NCBI GenBank assembly: GCA_043228905.1
Contig: JBHGNT010000017.1
Span: 13,764,001-13,828,000, forward strand
Origin: Azolla caroliniana
Lineage: Eukaryota; Plantae; Polypodiophyta
Direction of reading: 5' to 3'
DNA: 64,000 nt
This document shows, piece after piece, positions 21,703 through 33,972 of the stretch. The notes below the pieces were generated by a model. It was not told the DNA's origin. It did no database searches and worked only from the letters and a program-made list of their open reading frames with translations. How positions within the stretch are numbered: the first letter of the stretch is position 1; every line of letters starts with the position of its first letter. A program made the position numbers and the translations under genes.

Positions 21703-24700
21703 TGAGGTTTTGGACTAGGAGAAAGAAGAATATGAGATAAGGCTAGTAATCAATACGTAGAAAGAGAGGTAAGTTATGAATTTCGTGAATCCCACAAGTT
21801 TAGTATCTTTAATCAATATTTAGATAGTAACAGACAATTTAGATGACAAATTCGTGAATCCCACGAATATATTATATTGGTCAATCCTTACAAAAAAAAT
21901 TAACAACCAAATACATATTTCTCTCTTCCTTATATAGTGATGGAAGAGGCTAAGCATAACATCATGCTTTTGCTAAAGTGTTCATGCACACTAGGTGTGC
22001 ATGAGTTGCCTCCTCTCAACCATGCTTTCCATTTCCTAAATATAGTGTTCATGCGCGCTAAGCATGCGTGAGTAACTTTTCTTTTGTTTGCTTGTTTCTT
22101 CTAGATAAAGCTTTCACCCACTCTAAAAGTGCATGATCCGCCTTCTTGTAAAAGTAGGTGTAAATATAAGTCATATATCACTTATGATAAGTTATTACAA
22201 TAGTAAAGTTTGGGTTTATTTACATGGAGGTACAAGGTTTGAATCCTGCCCTATGCATGTAACAATCTTTTCTTCTATTTACAAATTTGTCTCTTCATCC
22301 GGTGAAAGACTCTCACTGGCCTTCTTTATTTGGCTCTTGCCGGTTCTGCTTGATTCGGTTCTTAATGGGTCTCCTTACTGGGTCCTCCTTGCCGGTTCCT
22401 CCTTCATCCGGTTCCCACCGGTTCTCCTTACCGGGTCCTCCTTACCGGTTCCTCCTTCATCCGGTTCTTCCTTCATCCGGTTCTCCTTACCGGGTCCTCC
22501 TTATTGATTCGTCCTTGTCCCATCTGGAGGGACCAAAATGCAATTTTCACGTAGTGTGCGAATTACACTACGACACTTGCCCCCTCCAAACCCGCACATC
22601 CTCCGGTATGTGCCGAAGTTCTCGATGCCTGTTGTTCGTCTTCATCCGTAGCACTTTCAAATTCCTCCCTTATATCAACTATCAATTGTAGACCACTTTC
22701 TTCGCTTTCTGCATCACCACGAGGTTTGTCTGATTGCTCCTCCCTGTCGGTCTTGTCTAAGCTTACATAAGGTTCTTCGTCAGTCTGTTTCTTGAATATC
22801 TTCACCCGTTACCCGGTCGTAGTCGATGCTTTGTGTCGAATCGGCTTTTGTTCCGGAATTGCGCTTCCTGTTGTCGGCGTGTTGCTTCCGCTATGTCTCC
22901 TAGTCTTCCCTCTGGTTGTCGTATCCGGACCGCTAGTAGTTCTTCTCGGCTCATCTCTTCCTTCCACGGCAGCACTGTCCATGTCGCAATTGCGTTTTCC
23001 GTCGGTATTATCGGTGCTTGTCTGGTCATGAGTTCGGCTGGCATAAAACCGGTCACGGAACTATGCATCGTATGATTCGCCCATAGTGCATATGGGAGCT
23101 TATGTGGCCAATCCTTCACCCTCCCATCACATGCTTTTGCAAGTGCTTTGACGATTGGACTATGTCCTCGTTCAATCTTCCCGTTGGCTTCTGGATTGTA
23201 TATCATTGTTAGTGTTAACCGAACTCCATGTTTGGTGCAGAATTCCCTAGATTTATTAGAGTCGAGTTCTCCCTGATCTGCAATCACTTGTCTTATGCAC
23301 CTGTACCTGCAAAACACTTCTTCCAAGAGAAATTGTCATACCGCAGAACACGTTTTCCTCCGTAGCGCTCGACCTTCTACTTGGTTTGTGAGATCTTCCC
23401 AAGCTAACACCAAGTACTTCTTTTGTCCGATCCCGGTTGGCATGGCTACAATGTCGACCATCCATTTGAAGTTATTGTCGATGAGAATGTCAGATGTAAC
23501 TCATCTCGGTGTCAAACCCCGGAGTAGACTTGGCATTTCTCGCAGCTTTCCGTGAACTCCGTGACATCTTTGTACATATTCTTCCACCAATATCTTTGCT
23601 TGATCTTCATAGATGTTGCCCATGTTCCCCGATGTCCAGCCCAATTGAATTCCTGAAATTCGGACATTATCTGGTTTCATTGCTCTTTTGTCCTGACTAC
23701 TCGAAGTGGTATGCCATCCGGTCTTTTTGGCTCCATCCATATTAATCCATTTGTTAAGAAGAACTTTTGGACTTGCCGCTTCTTACTTCGGATCTCGGCT
23801 CTCTTCTCTTTATTGTCCGATGATTCCTCGATTTCTTGTAGCACTTTCCCGATCAGCAAGCTTTCTCCCTCGTATTCTTCTTCCCGGAATTTTGGATTAC
23901 GTTCACCCGACATAGTAGTATTCGGAAACTTCTTCATTATCGGATTCGGTTATGTCGTGTCCGAACCGCGCCCTTGATAGCATATCTGCTACTACATTGT
24001 CTTTTTCGGAGATGTGTTGTACCTCCAGATTAAGTGACTTAACATATGCAATCCACCTTAGCATAGCCACGTCCGGTATAGTACAACACCGCATCATCCC
24101 GAGTATCGGAAGACAATCCGTTTCGATCACTACTTCGGCTCCGATCAAATAATCTTGATCCAATTTGATTGCCGACACGACTCCCCATAATTCTCTTTTG
24201 ACTTGTGCATACCTGTGTTGCCTTTCGTTGAGAACCTTTGCTCCAAATCGGATCGGATATCACGAACCATTCGAGTCGGCTTGATTGATGACCCATCCGA
24301 TTCCGGTTGGACTTGTGTCAACCGTTACTATGATCGGTCGGTCATAGCTCGGCTTCTTAAGTGATTCTGCCCTCCGTAGAGTTTTCTTAAGCTTCTTCAT
24401 GGCTCTGGTATGTCCCGGTCTCCATTCGAACTTCTTACCCTTCTGCAACAAGTGATAGAGTGGGTCCGCAATATGTGCATAGTGCGGAATCCATATGTGA
24501 TAGAATGCACATGCTCCAAGAAACCTTCGGACTTCGGACTGTGACTCCCATACTTCTTTCATAGCTTGAATCACATTGATCTTGGTTGGTGACGGTCTTC
24601 GGCCATAGGGCCCACAAAGATGTCCGACTACCAATATTTCTTCTGGTTCGAATGTTGATTTCTCTCCGGAAAATGTTAGGTGCACATCTTCTAACTTTCG

Positions 24701-27700
24701 TAGCACTTTCTCGCAATCGCAAATATGGTCGACTACGAACTGTCGGCATCCCCGATCATCCATAGTCTCATCTTTTTCTTCCACCACGCATCCTTTCATC
24801 GGAATGTCATCTAGGAACGACATCGTTATCTCCGGAATGCAGTCTTGGAGAACCTTGTTCATTGCATTCGTCATATGTGCAACCGAGTTCGTTGCGCCTT
24901 GTGGTAGTGTGCACATACGGACTAATCCTATCGGTGTTTGCATGGTAGGGATGTCTCGGCTCTCCATGGCTAGTTGGAATTGGTCATACCCGGAGTATAG
25001 GTCTCCGATGGAGTATATCGCGCATCCGGAAAATGCTTCTACAAATTCGTCCACTATCGGACCAACTCCAGAGTTCCGGATCGTGACCTTGCTCACCGGT
25101 TGCAAGTCTTGAATAAACTAGAGTGACCCATTCTTCTTCGGAACCGTAAACCATTGATTTGAGTACGGAGCGTTTGATGGCTCTAGAATCCCCATCGCCA
25201 CCTTCTCCTTGAGCAAGTCGATGACTTTTGGAATATGCGCCCGCGGCAGCGGAATTGGATTCAGGTTCCACGACACCTGATCAATCGTGAAGATCACCAT
25301 TGGCTCCACTATCATCGGATGAACACACCCTATCTCCTTCGATGTGAATGCAAATGCTTTTCCATGTTGTTCCAACATCTCACAAAACCGTTCTTCTTCT
25401 TTTTGTAAGAGGAAACCACCTCCATCGATCCAAAGTTTTATCCGGGTCTCATCTGTGAAGGTATGTCCGATATCCATGGACTTTCGAAGTGTCGGATCTC
25501 CCGAGACTTCTTTCCTCTTTTGTTTGCTATCGGCGGGTAGCGGTCCCGCGACTGGTTTCACTTTCTTCTCCACAGTCTTGTATTTCGTACTTACCCTTCC
25601 GGTAGAACTCCTTGGACATCAAGTTGATCTTCGATCCATGATCAATCAATGCTAGCATGAGTTCTTTGATGTTGCCGATTCGGACCGGAGTCTCCGTAGT
25701 TGTACGTGCCCAATGTGGCCTTGTGTAGTGGGAGTTTGGAATTTCGTCCTCCAATTTAGTGTCATTCATTAAAATAGTATTTGCATTCACCCTTGGAGCA
25801 TTTTCCTCCGTACTTTATCTTTTTCTCTTCATGAGATCCACAAGAAGATCATGGAACTCCTTCTTCGCTATTCCGAGTAATTCCTGAAGCGAAAATTCTA
25901 CCCGGCTATCGAGAATTCTCTCCTCGAACACCTTTTTCAAGTCCGCTTGTTGTTCGACGTCCGAGGTAAGCTTGAATGCCGGAAATGTCTTTTCTTTTCC
26001 CTTCCCTCCGGAGTTCTAGCTTTCTGGTGTCTTCGATAGTCTGGCTGCATCATCTGTGCGCCGTCGTTTCTCGTCTATATACACTTCATGCAATTGACAT
26101 AAGGCGTACACGTTATTCTTATCAACAGGGCAATCCCATCCCGTAGCTTCACAGATGCCTTCCGCGGTGCTTTGAATCTCATTGGAGTCAGTTTTCTCGG
26201 GGTTTTCTAGCACATCCAGCCAAAAAGACGCCTTTGCTCCCGATGACTCACCCACACTTATTCCCGCGGTTGTCACATAATTACCTTTTGCTGCTATTTC
26301 CTCCTCTAGGACCTTCTTCAAGCCGCCTTTCCAGAAGTTCGGTCGGAGTGGCTTCCGAGAGTCCATCAAATGAATCTCATTTCCCTCGTAGTAGATAAGA
26401 TCCCGTCATAGCGCCTCCTTGTGCTCGTCGCAATCCCTCCAATCATGTTCAGTGCTATCCCACCATATGCATCGACGGTCCATATACTTGGAACTTGTGG
26501 GACGGTCATCCGACTTCTTCACCATTGCAATTTTTAGATTCTCCATCTCCTTTAGCAATTGCTCCACCGTGATTGCGTCAACTCCCTTCTTGGCCGTAGT
26601 CTCTCGAGCCCACGGTTGATGGTCTTCCAATCCGGATCTCAGTTTCGGAATCGGTTCTGAAACCCTGTTTTCTTCGTTAGCTAGCCATTGCCCCCTCTTT
26701 GTGTATCGTGCAACAATATCTCACACATTATCCCATGTATCACTGAGGCCACTCTCAGTGGTCGTGTCCTCCAAAAGCACTCCAAGATCTTTCCGGTTCC
26801 GGACGTCCACGGCTCATAGGAACATGATCACTTCGTCCGGTGCGAGGATAGCTTGATCTCTCGCGGATAGCCTCCCGAACCGACTTTCGAATGCCGAAAA
26901 CACATCGAGGACCTTCATCCCCTTGTCTGGCGTTTACATCCAATCTTCTAATCCTCTCCTCGTTGCCTTGGAGGAGTCCTCGATGGCGAACGTGGTCTTT
27001 AAGGCCTCTTCAAATGCTTCCCATGTCGGATTCAATTGTTGTATCCTGTGGATACTCCCTTGAAGACTGTCGGGCGCCACCTGGCTGAAGGATGTCACTT
27101 GTAATCCTTCCGAAATTCTACACCGTAGCATTTCCGCCTTGTAATCTCGCAAATACCGTGACACATCTTTCCCATTGAATTGTCCGTTCCGTTGCATGAG
27201 CCGCTCTATTGCCGATGCAATCTCCGACATCGCGCGTTGTTCTTGTAGCATCCGCTCAAACATCGCCATCATGTTGTTAGCCTCTGGTTGAATTTCCATC
27301 TCCTTGCCACTCGGTTTCACGTCGAGTTCACCACTTATGTCGTGCCTTCCGGCTCCGGATCGTTGCATGAGTTGGGTGGTGGGAACCATTGAGGTTTTGG
27401 ACTAGGAGAAAGAAGAATATGAGATAAAGCTAGTAATCAATAGGTAGAAAGAGAGGTAAGTTATGAATCTCATGAATCCCACGAGTTTAGTATCTTTAAT
27501 CAATATTTAGATAGTAACAGACAATTTAGATGACAAATTCGTGAATCATATGAATATATTATATTGGTCAATCCTTACAAAAAAAATCAATAACCAAATA
27601 CATCTTTCTTTCTTCCTTATATAGTGATGGAAGAGGCTAAGCATAGCATCATGCTTTTACTAAATTGTTCATGCACGCTAGGTGTGCATGAGTTGCCTCC

Positions 27701-28223
27701 TCTCAACCATGCTTTCCATTTCCTAAATATAGTGTTCATGCACGCTAAGCATGCGTGAGTAACTTTTCTTTTGTTTGCTTGTTTCTTCTAGATAAAGATT
27801 TCACCCACTCTAAAAGTGCATGATCTGCCTTCTTGTAAAAGTAGGCGTAAATATAAGTCATATATCACTTATGATAAGTTATTACAATAGTAAAGTTTGG
27901 GTTTATTTACATGGAGGTATAGGGTTTGAATCCTGCCCTATGTATGTATCAATCTTTTCTTCTATTTACAAATGTGTCTCTCACCGGCCTTCTTTATCCG
28001 GCTCTTGCCGGTTCTGCTTGATTCGATTCTTACCAGGTCTCCTTACCGGGTCCTCCTTGCTGGTTCCTCCTTCATCCGGTTCTCACCGGTTCTCCTTACC
28101 GGTTCCTCCTTCATCAGGTTCTCACCGGTTCTCCTTACCGGGTCCTCCTTACCGGTTCCTCCTTGTCCCATTCGGAGGGACCAAAATGCAATTTTCACGT
28201 AGTGTGCGAATTACACTACGACA
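21703..28223 (-). mobile_element. Degenerate full-length Ty3/gypsy element (LTRs 27390-28223 and 21703-22575)
   Basis: Motifs are gag FNGKDVSRYLRDY, PR ALIDHGS, RT YSGYDQF...LPQGATNS...FLDDI, RNase H VDTSPTGIGW and INT YNPEANGKIERGH, in gypsy order. The PPT is GGAGGGGCAAG, and the PBS TGGTTCCCACC lies at 27378-27388. Confidence 0.95.
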
Positions 28224-29514
28224 ACGTATTCAATGTATTCAAAACGTATTAAAACGTATTCAAAACATACTCAACGTATTCAACATATTTTACCTTTATA
28301 AATTTTTTTTAGAATACTTATAAAATACGTATGGTATGCTACATATGTTACAACCATGCATGTATTATTATCTGTCAATACATATGGCTTATTATATCTG
28401 TATGTAGGATGTATGCATGTACATATTTGTATTTATGTATGTGTATGTACATATCTACATATGATAATATATATTTGTATACATATTCATGTTTAGTCAG
28501 TATGCACGTATAAATGGGTGTAATGTATGTATATACATATTTATGGATGTAATGTTTAAATGTAGGTACATATATGCGCTCATGTCTATTCTGCATCAAA
28601 TCATAAAGAGGGCTGGTGAGGGAATTGCGGCGATGGACGGTGCAGGTCGCTCAGCTAATAGCACGTGTGATTTGCATCGTCTGATTTGGATAAGAAAGTA
28701 CGTGCGAAAAAAAAAGTTGTTAGAGGTTGCTCAACTCTGAGTCCTTGGTCGCCCAACCACTCATCTGTTTTAGAACAATAAATGAAGTACTTAATTAAAA
28801 ATTTATTATAGTGTAATGGTTTAGTGGTTAGAATCACTATTTTTGGTTAATAGGTGCAAGGTTCAAATCTCTTTTCCTCTCTTATTGAGAATGGGGTTTA
28901 TTTTGCTTGCTCATTGGTCAATTTTGATATCATTTAGGTTTTCTTCTTTTCAACTTCTTTCTTTTTTAGGGTTTCGACATTTGGTTTAAGAATTTCATAC
29001 TTGCATGTATATTATTGGCAATACAACATTTCTTTCTAGTGCACCTTTTCCTTAGATTATGTAGTTTGCAACAAAAATACAAATGCAAAACCAACTTACT
29101 ATAATAATGAAACATGTTTCAAATCAAACCACCATTACATATAAGGTTCAAATGATGTTTCAAAAAAAAACAAAAATTCATTAGACTAAAGGAAAGTAAT
29201 GGAAACAGTTCTACATTAGGGTTTGGGGTTTAGGAAAGTAATGGAAACAATTCTACCTTATTTCACTTAGTGGAATATGTTATTAAACCCCAAAATGCTT
29301 TCTTCTTTTCATATTTCATCAATCTAGTTAATATTGTACTCGGTTGTTACATGCAAATGAATACAAATTCAACATACTTGAAACATAAAACATAAATCAA
29401 CATATAACATACTTGAAACATAAAACTTAAAACATAAATAAACATATAACATACTTGAAACATAAATCAACATATGACATACTTGCAACATAAAACATAA
29501 AACATAAATCAACA

Positions 29515-30270
29515 CAGGTTGGGTGACCATATTAAAACAGGTGGGGCAACCTGTTTATGAGAAGAGATGTTTTTACGAGGGTTGGGAGACCTAATTTATA
29601 CAATAGGGTGACATGAGTAATAGGTTGGTTGACCATATTAAAACAAGTTGGGCAACCTATTTATGAGAAGAGATGTTTTTTAAGAGGGTTGGGCGACCTA
29701 TTTGATAGGTTGGGTGACAATATTAAAACAGGTTAGGCAACCTGTTTATGAGAAGATATGTTTTTTAAGAGGGTTGGGAGACTTGTTTGATAGGTTGGGT
29801 GACCATATTAAAACAGGTTGGGCAACCTGTTTATGAGAAAAGATGTTTTTTACGAGGATTGGGAGACCTAATTTATACAATAGGGTGACTTGAGTAATAG
29901 GTTGGGCGATCTATTTAATAGGTTGGGTGACCATATTAAAACAGGTTGGGCAACCTGTTTATGAGAAGAGATGTTTTTTACGAGGGTTAGGAGACCTAAT
30001 TTATACAATAGGGTGTCTTGAGTAATAGGTTGGGCGACCTGTTTGATAGGTTGGGTGACCATATTAAAACAGGTTGGGCAACCTGTTTATGAGAAGAGAT
30101 ATTTTTTATGAGGGTTAGGAGACCTGATTTATACAATAGGGTGTCTTGAGTAATAGGTTGGGCGACCTGTTTGATAGGTTGGGTGACCATATTAAAACAA
30201 GTTGGGCAACCTGTTTATGAGAATAGATGTTTTTTAAGAGGGTTGGGAGACTTGATTCATGAGAAGATAT
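29515..30270. repeat. Satellite with an 84-128-bp unit, built on an AGGTTGGG(C/T)(A/G)ACC subrepeat
   Basis: CCATATTAAAAC recurs at about 29528, 29633, 29803, 29931, 30059 and 30187 (the last spacings are 128). The unit contains the hairpin AAACAGGTTG-GG-CAACCTGTTT. Confidence 0.9.
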
Positions 30271-32447
30271 ATTTTTTATTGGTCAAGATACATCAAAAAG
30301 TGTTTTGGTATCCCTAACTTTGCTACAATTTGTTTGTCTTGGGAGATGTACTATTCACTTTTATCCCATAGGAGGTGCCTTTCCCATTGATATCATCAAA
30401 GTAGCAGCACACTTCCTTAAGGGAGTTTTTCATGTCTTGTATTGTCAAAGGTGCATTTTTCATGCTTTTGAATAATGGATACATGTGATTGATGTTCCAT
30501 CGTAGCAAACACTTAAATTCTACATAACGTCCTTCCAACTCCACCACTTCACTATCACTTTTTCTTATGGACCCAAACAACCAATAAAATTATTGCGTAT
30601 AATTTGAGTATATCAGTGCAAAGAAAACAAACATGTGTAAATTAAAATGGTATGAAACTGGTGTAAGGCAAAAGATCACTTTTGAATGATTATTGGATCA
30701 AGCGATGCATACATACAAGGAATGGAAATTTAATAATCAAGCACTATTATCTCCAAGTTCATGAACGATCATTCACAAGATGATTAACCAAGTAGGTTAC
30801 TATGACAATATAAAAGACCTAAGTAACATTAATCCACAAGTTTTAGTCCTTACAATGATAGTTATATAATTTTTGGAATAACACAATGTTACCAAAACTT
30901 GACTATTACAAGAACAGTATCCAATCGATGATCCGTTTACGTAGCTAGATAAATTAATCCACATATATTACAACAATTGCATGAGCTATTGTGCATGACC
31001 AGCAATATAGAATACAATTTCATTGTCCATCAGATATATATGGACAAGAACCATCCTCAACATTGGCTAAAGGATTCGTTGGGTCTGTACATTGAGGCAC
31101 AAGGTCAATATCACACCACTTGCCCTGTTTTACATTAGTATTATTATAGACACACAGAACTTCCAAAGGTTACTACATCCTCAAAAGAAAGCATTAAATT
31201 CAAACAATATGACTTCTAAATCCTACCCCTTCATGAATTAAGCTCACAGGAAATACTCAACAGTCTTGAACAAAAGCTGAATTAGGAAAGATTGCATTTT
31301 CACTAGCTACAACTTGAGACAATTCTTTTGCTAGACCCTGTTATTCCAGCACATATAAGATCCTTCAGCAAATATAGGAATATCAATAACCTATTTTACA
31401 ATTACTACACATTATCATATGTTAGAAGTAATATCAGCAATCATTTACTTTGCCAATGGTCACGTTTGCCGATATTTCTCCATATTTCTCCTATGGGTTT
31501 TGTAAATGTTCTATCTTTCTATTTCTCCAAAATCACAGTTTTCTTAACATACTACCCTCTACATAATAAGCTCTCGCTGAAGATTTATGAATGTTTGCAT
31601 TACTTTAGTTCATAATGAGAGAGATTGGGAATACTCACGAAGTCACAGATTCAGATTCGACTGCGAATGTTGCATATATTCTTGTTGGTATCCATGGCCC
31701 TCGTCTTCCCAGACTGCATATCCATGGCTTCTTACGAACACCGTCACCCTCAACCCTTAACCCTAAAGATAACCAATCTAGTCTTGGATAATATATTAGC
31801 TTAAAGATGATTGATTCAATGAAGAAGTTTAAAAATTATAAACCAAGAAGCAAAACTATGTGCATGTTACAGTCTTTTCTGTATATACCAATGTACTTGC
31901 ATAATCCATACAAAAACACCGAGACAATTGCCTCTTAAAAATGAAGCATATAAAAGATACCCTAACAAAAGGCCAATTACAACAACTGGCCAAAGTAAAT
32001 GGGCTGAAATATCATCAATTGTAGTGTAAAATTGTTATTCTGCAATAGGCTAGCATGATAAAGTGTTATCCATTTGCTTGTTGAAAGTCTTCACCTTCAC
32101 TTTCATCATCTCTGGGATCATCAAATACCATACTCTCCATTACCCTCAAATTCATTGTGGTCATGATGTGCAATGGACTTTCTTAAGGGAATCAGATAAT
32201 TTGTTATTCGAATCTCATTATAGTGAAAAGAGAAAAATGAGAGCAATAATCTCATCAAATAACAGAAGCCAAATCTAATAACACTTAAATGTTAGAAAAC
32301 TTCATTATACGATATTACTAAATTATATGATTCATTTATCTTGTCAAACCTTACTACCACAAAGTTACTATGGTACTAGGCTGCTTCTCAGAGTTCGCAT
32401 ATTGATACCTTTTGCTAATAACTAAAGACTATTAAATGAACACGTAT

Positions 32448-32449
<2 letters not shown>

Positions 32450-32483
<34 letters not shown>

Positions 32484-32635
32484 CAAAGAGAAAGAGAGAG
32501 TATGAGAGTATGTGTGTGAGAGAGTGATTACCTTGTCTTGAGCTCATCCTCCTCTTGTGCTAGAAGAGACTCATCACATAATGTTGATGCCCATTGTGAA
32601 GGATGCGACAAACTAGCAAGCTTTAGAGTCGGAAA

Positions 32636-32688
<53 letters not shown>

Positions 32689-32853
32689 CTATTCACTCTT
32701 CTTCTTCTTCTTCTTCTTCTTCTTCTTCTGATTTTGACTTGTGGCTATGGCTATGCCTTTGGCTCTACTTCTGGCTATAGAGAAGAAAGCACGGAGCGAG
32801 GGGGAGAGAGACTATTTGCTCCTTTTCTTCTTCTTCTTCTTCTTCTTCTTCTT

Positions 32854-32884
<31 letters not shown>

Positions 32885-32885
32885 T
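32450..32885. repeat. (TG)n, (GA)n and (CTT)n microsatellites
   Basis: These simple repeats are directly visible in the sequence. Confidence 0.95.
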
Positions 32886-33329
32886 TTTGACTTGTGGCTA
32901 TAGCTATGCCTTTGGCTTTGCTTCTGGCCATGGAGAAGTGCCTTTGGCTCTGCTTCTAGCTATGGAGAAGAAACACGCAGAGAAGAAACAAAGCAAAGAG
33001 AGGAAAGCACGCAGAGAGAGGGAGACAAAGAGAGATTCAAAAATTCCCTCCCCCCAAATTTTACTTTTTTTAACATTTTAACAATTTTCTTTTTCTTTTT
33101 CTTTTTCTTTTAATGATATTATATCAAATAGTGACGAGGCTAGTTGGGCGACTACTGCTAAGGTTGGGCAACTTCTGACAGCTATTTTTGGCACGCGTTC
33201 TTTCTTATCCAAATCTAATGGTGTAGATTGCACACGCCTTCCTCTGAGTGACCTGCACCGTCTGTGGCCATGATTCCCTCGCCAACCCTCTTTATGATTT
33301 GTGTCATAATAGACATGTCGACATATATG

Positions 33330-33343
33330 CATGTATATGTATG

Positions 33344-33375
<32 letters not shown>

Positions 33376-33684
33376 TGTATGTATGTATGTATGTATGTAT
33401 GTATGGCACTCCAAATTTGACTATTGTTTGCACAATATATTCTTTATTATCTCATTCAAATATCTAATATTTCATGGGCTTATTATAATATGCATGTAGC
33501 ATGTATGCATTTACATATTTGTATTTATGTATGTGTATGTACATACATATCTACATATGATAATATATATTTGTATATATATTCATGTTTAGTCAATATG
33601 CATGTATAAATGGGTGTAATGTATGTATATGCATATTTATGGATGTAATGTTTAAATGTAGGTACATATATGCATGTATGCAAG

Positions 33685-33716
<32 letters not shown>

Positions 33717-33810
33717 TGTATGTATGTATGCCACTCCAAATTTAACTATTGTTTGCACAATATATTCTTTATTATCTCATTGAAATATCTAATATTTCAT
33801 GGGCTTATGT
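33330..33810. repeat. Tandem duplication (~325-bp unit) with (GTAT)n
   Basis: CACTCCAAATTT(G/A)ACTATTGTTTGCACAATATATTC occurs at about 33407 and 33732. The stretch 33520-33670 matches 28425-28576. Confidence 0.8.
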
Positions 33811-33972
33811 AATTTTTTTCTATAGGATAATTGATAATATCCTTATGTAAATATATTTTTTATGCATTTGTTAATACCCCTATATATACATTATGTATCT
33901 CAATGGTTACTTTAAACCCCTTTTGATGAACTCACGTGCTATCATACAAGTTTTCACAGTGAAGCCCCCGGG

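Larger units (their letters stand above)
28577..33320. mobile_element. Non-autonomous Mutator-like element (Pack-MULE) with ~170-bp TIRs and 9-bp TSD ACATATATG
   Basis: The sequence CATGTCTATT..CAAATCATAAAGAGGG(C/T)TGG(T/C)GAGGGAAT...ATTTGGATAAGAAAG is inverted at both ends. The TSD is at 28568-28576 and 33321-33329. An empty-site paralog TAGGTACATATATGCATG lies at about 33660. Confidence 0.85.
18767..33972. mobile_element. Part B of the CCC...GGG DNA transposon; hosts a solo LTR, a gypsy element and a Pack-MULE
   Basis: The terminal 15-mer is at 33958-33972. The interior is ACAT/GTAT-rich, similar in character to 13192-15589. Confidence 0.55.

Noticed and set aside
32538-33081. Poly-Leu, poly-Ser and RE-repeat ORFs resembling a membrane protein
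   Set aside because: They are translations of (CTT)n and (GA)n tracts.
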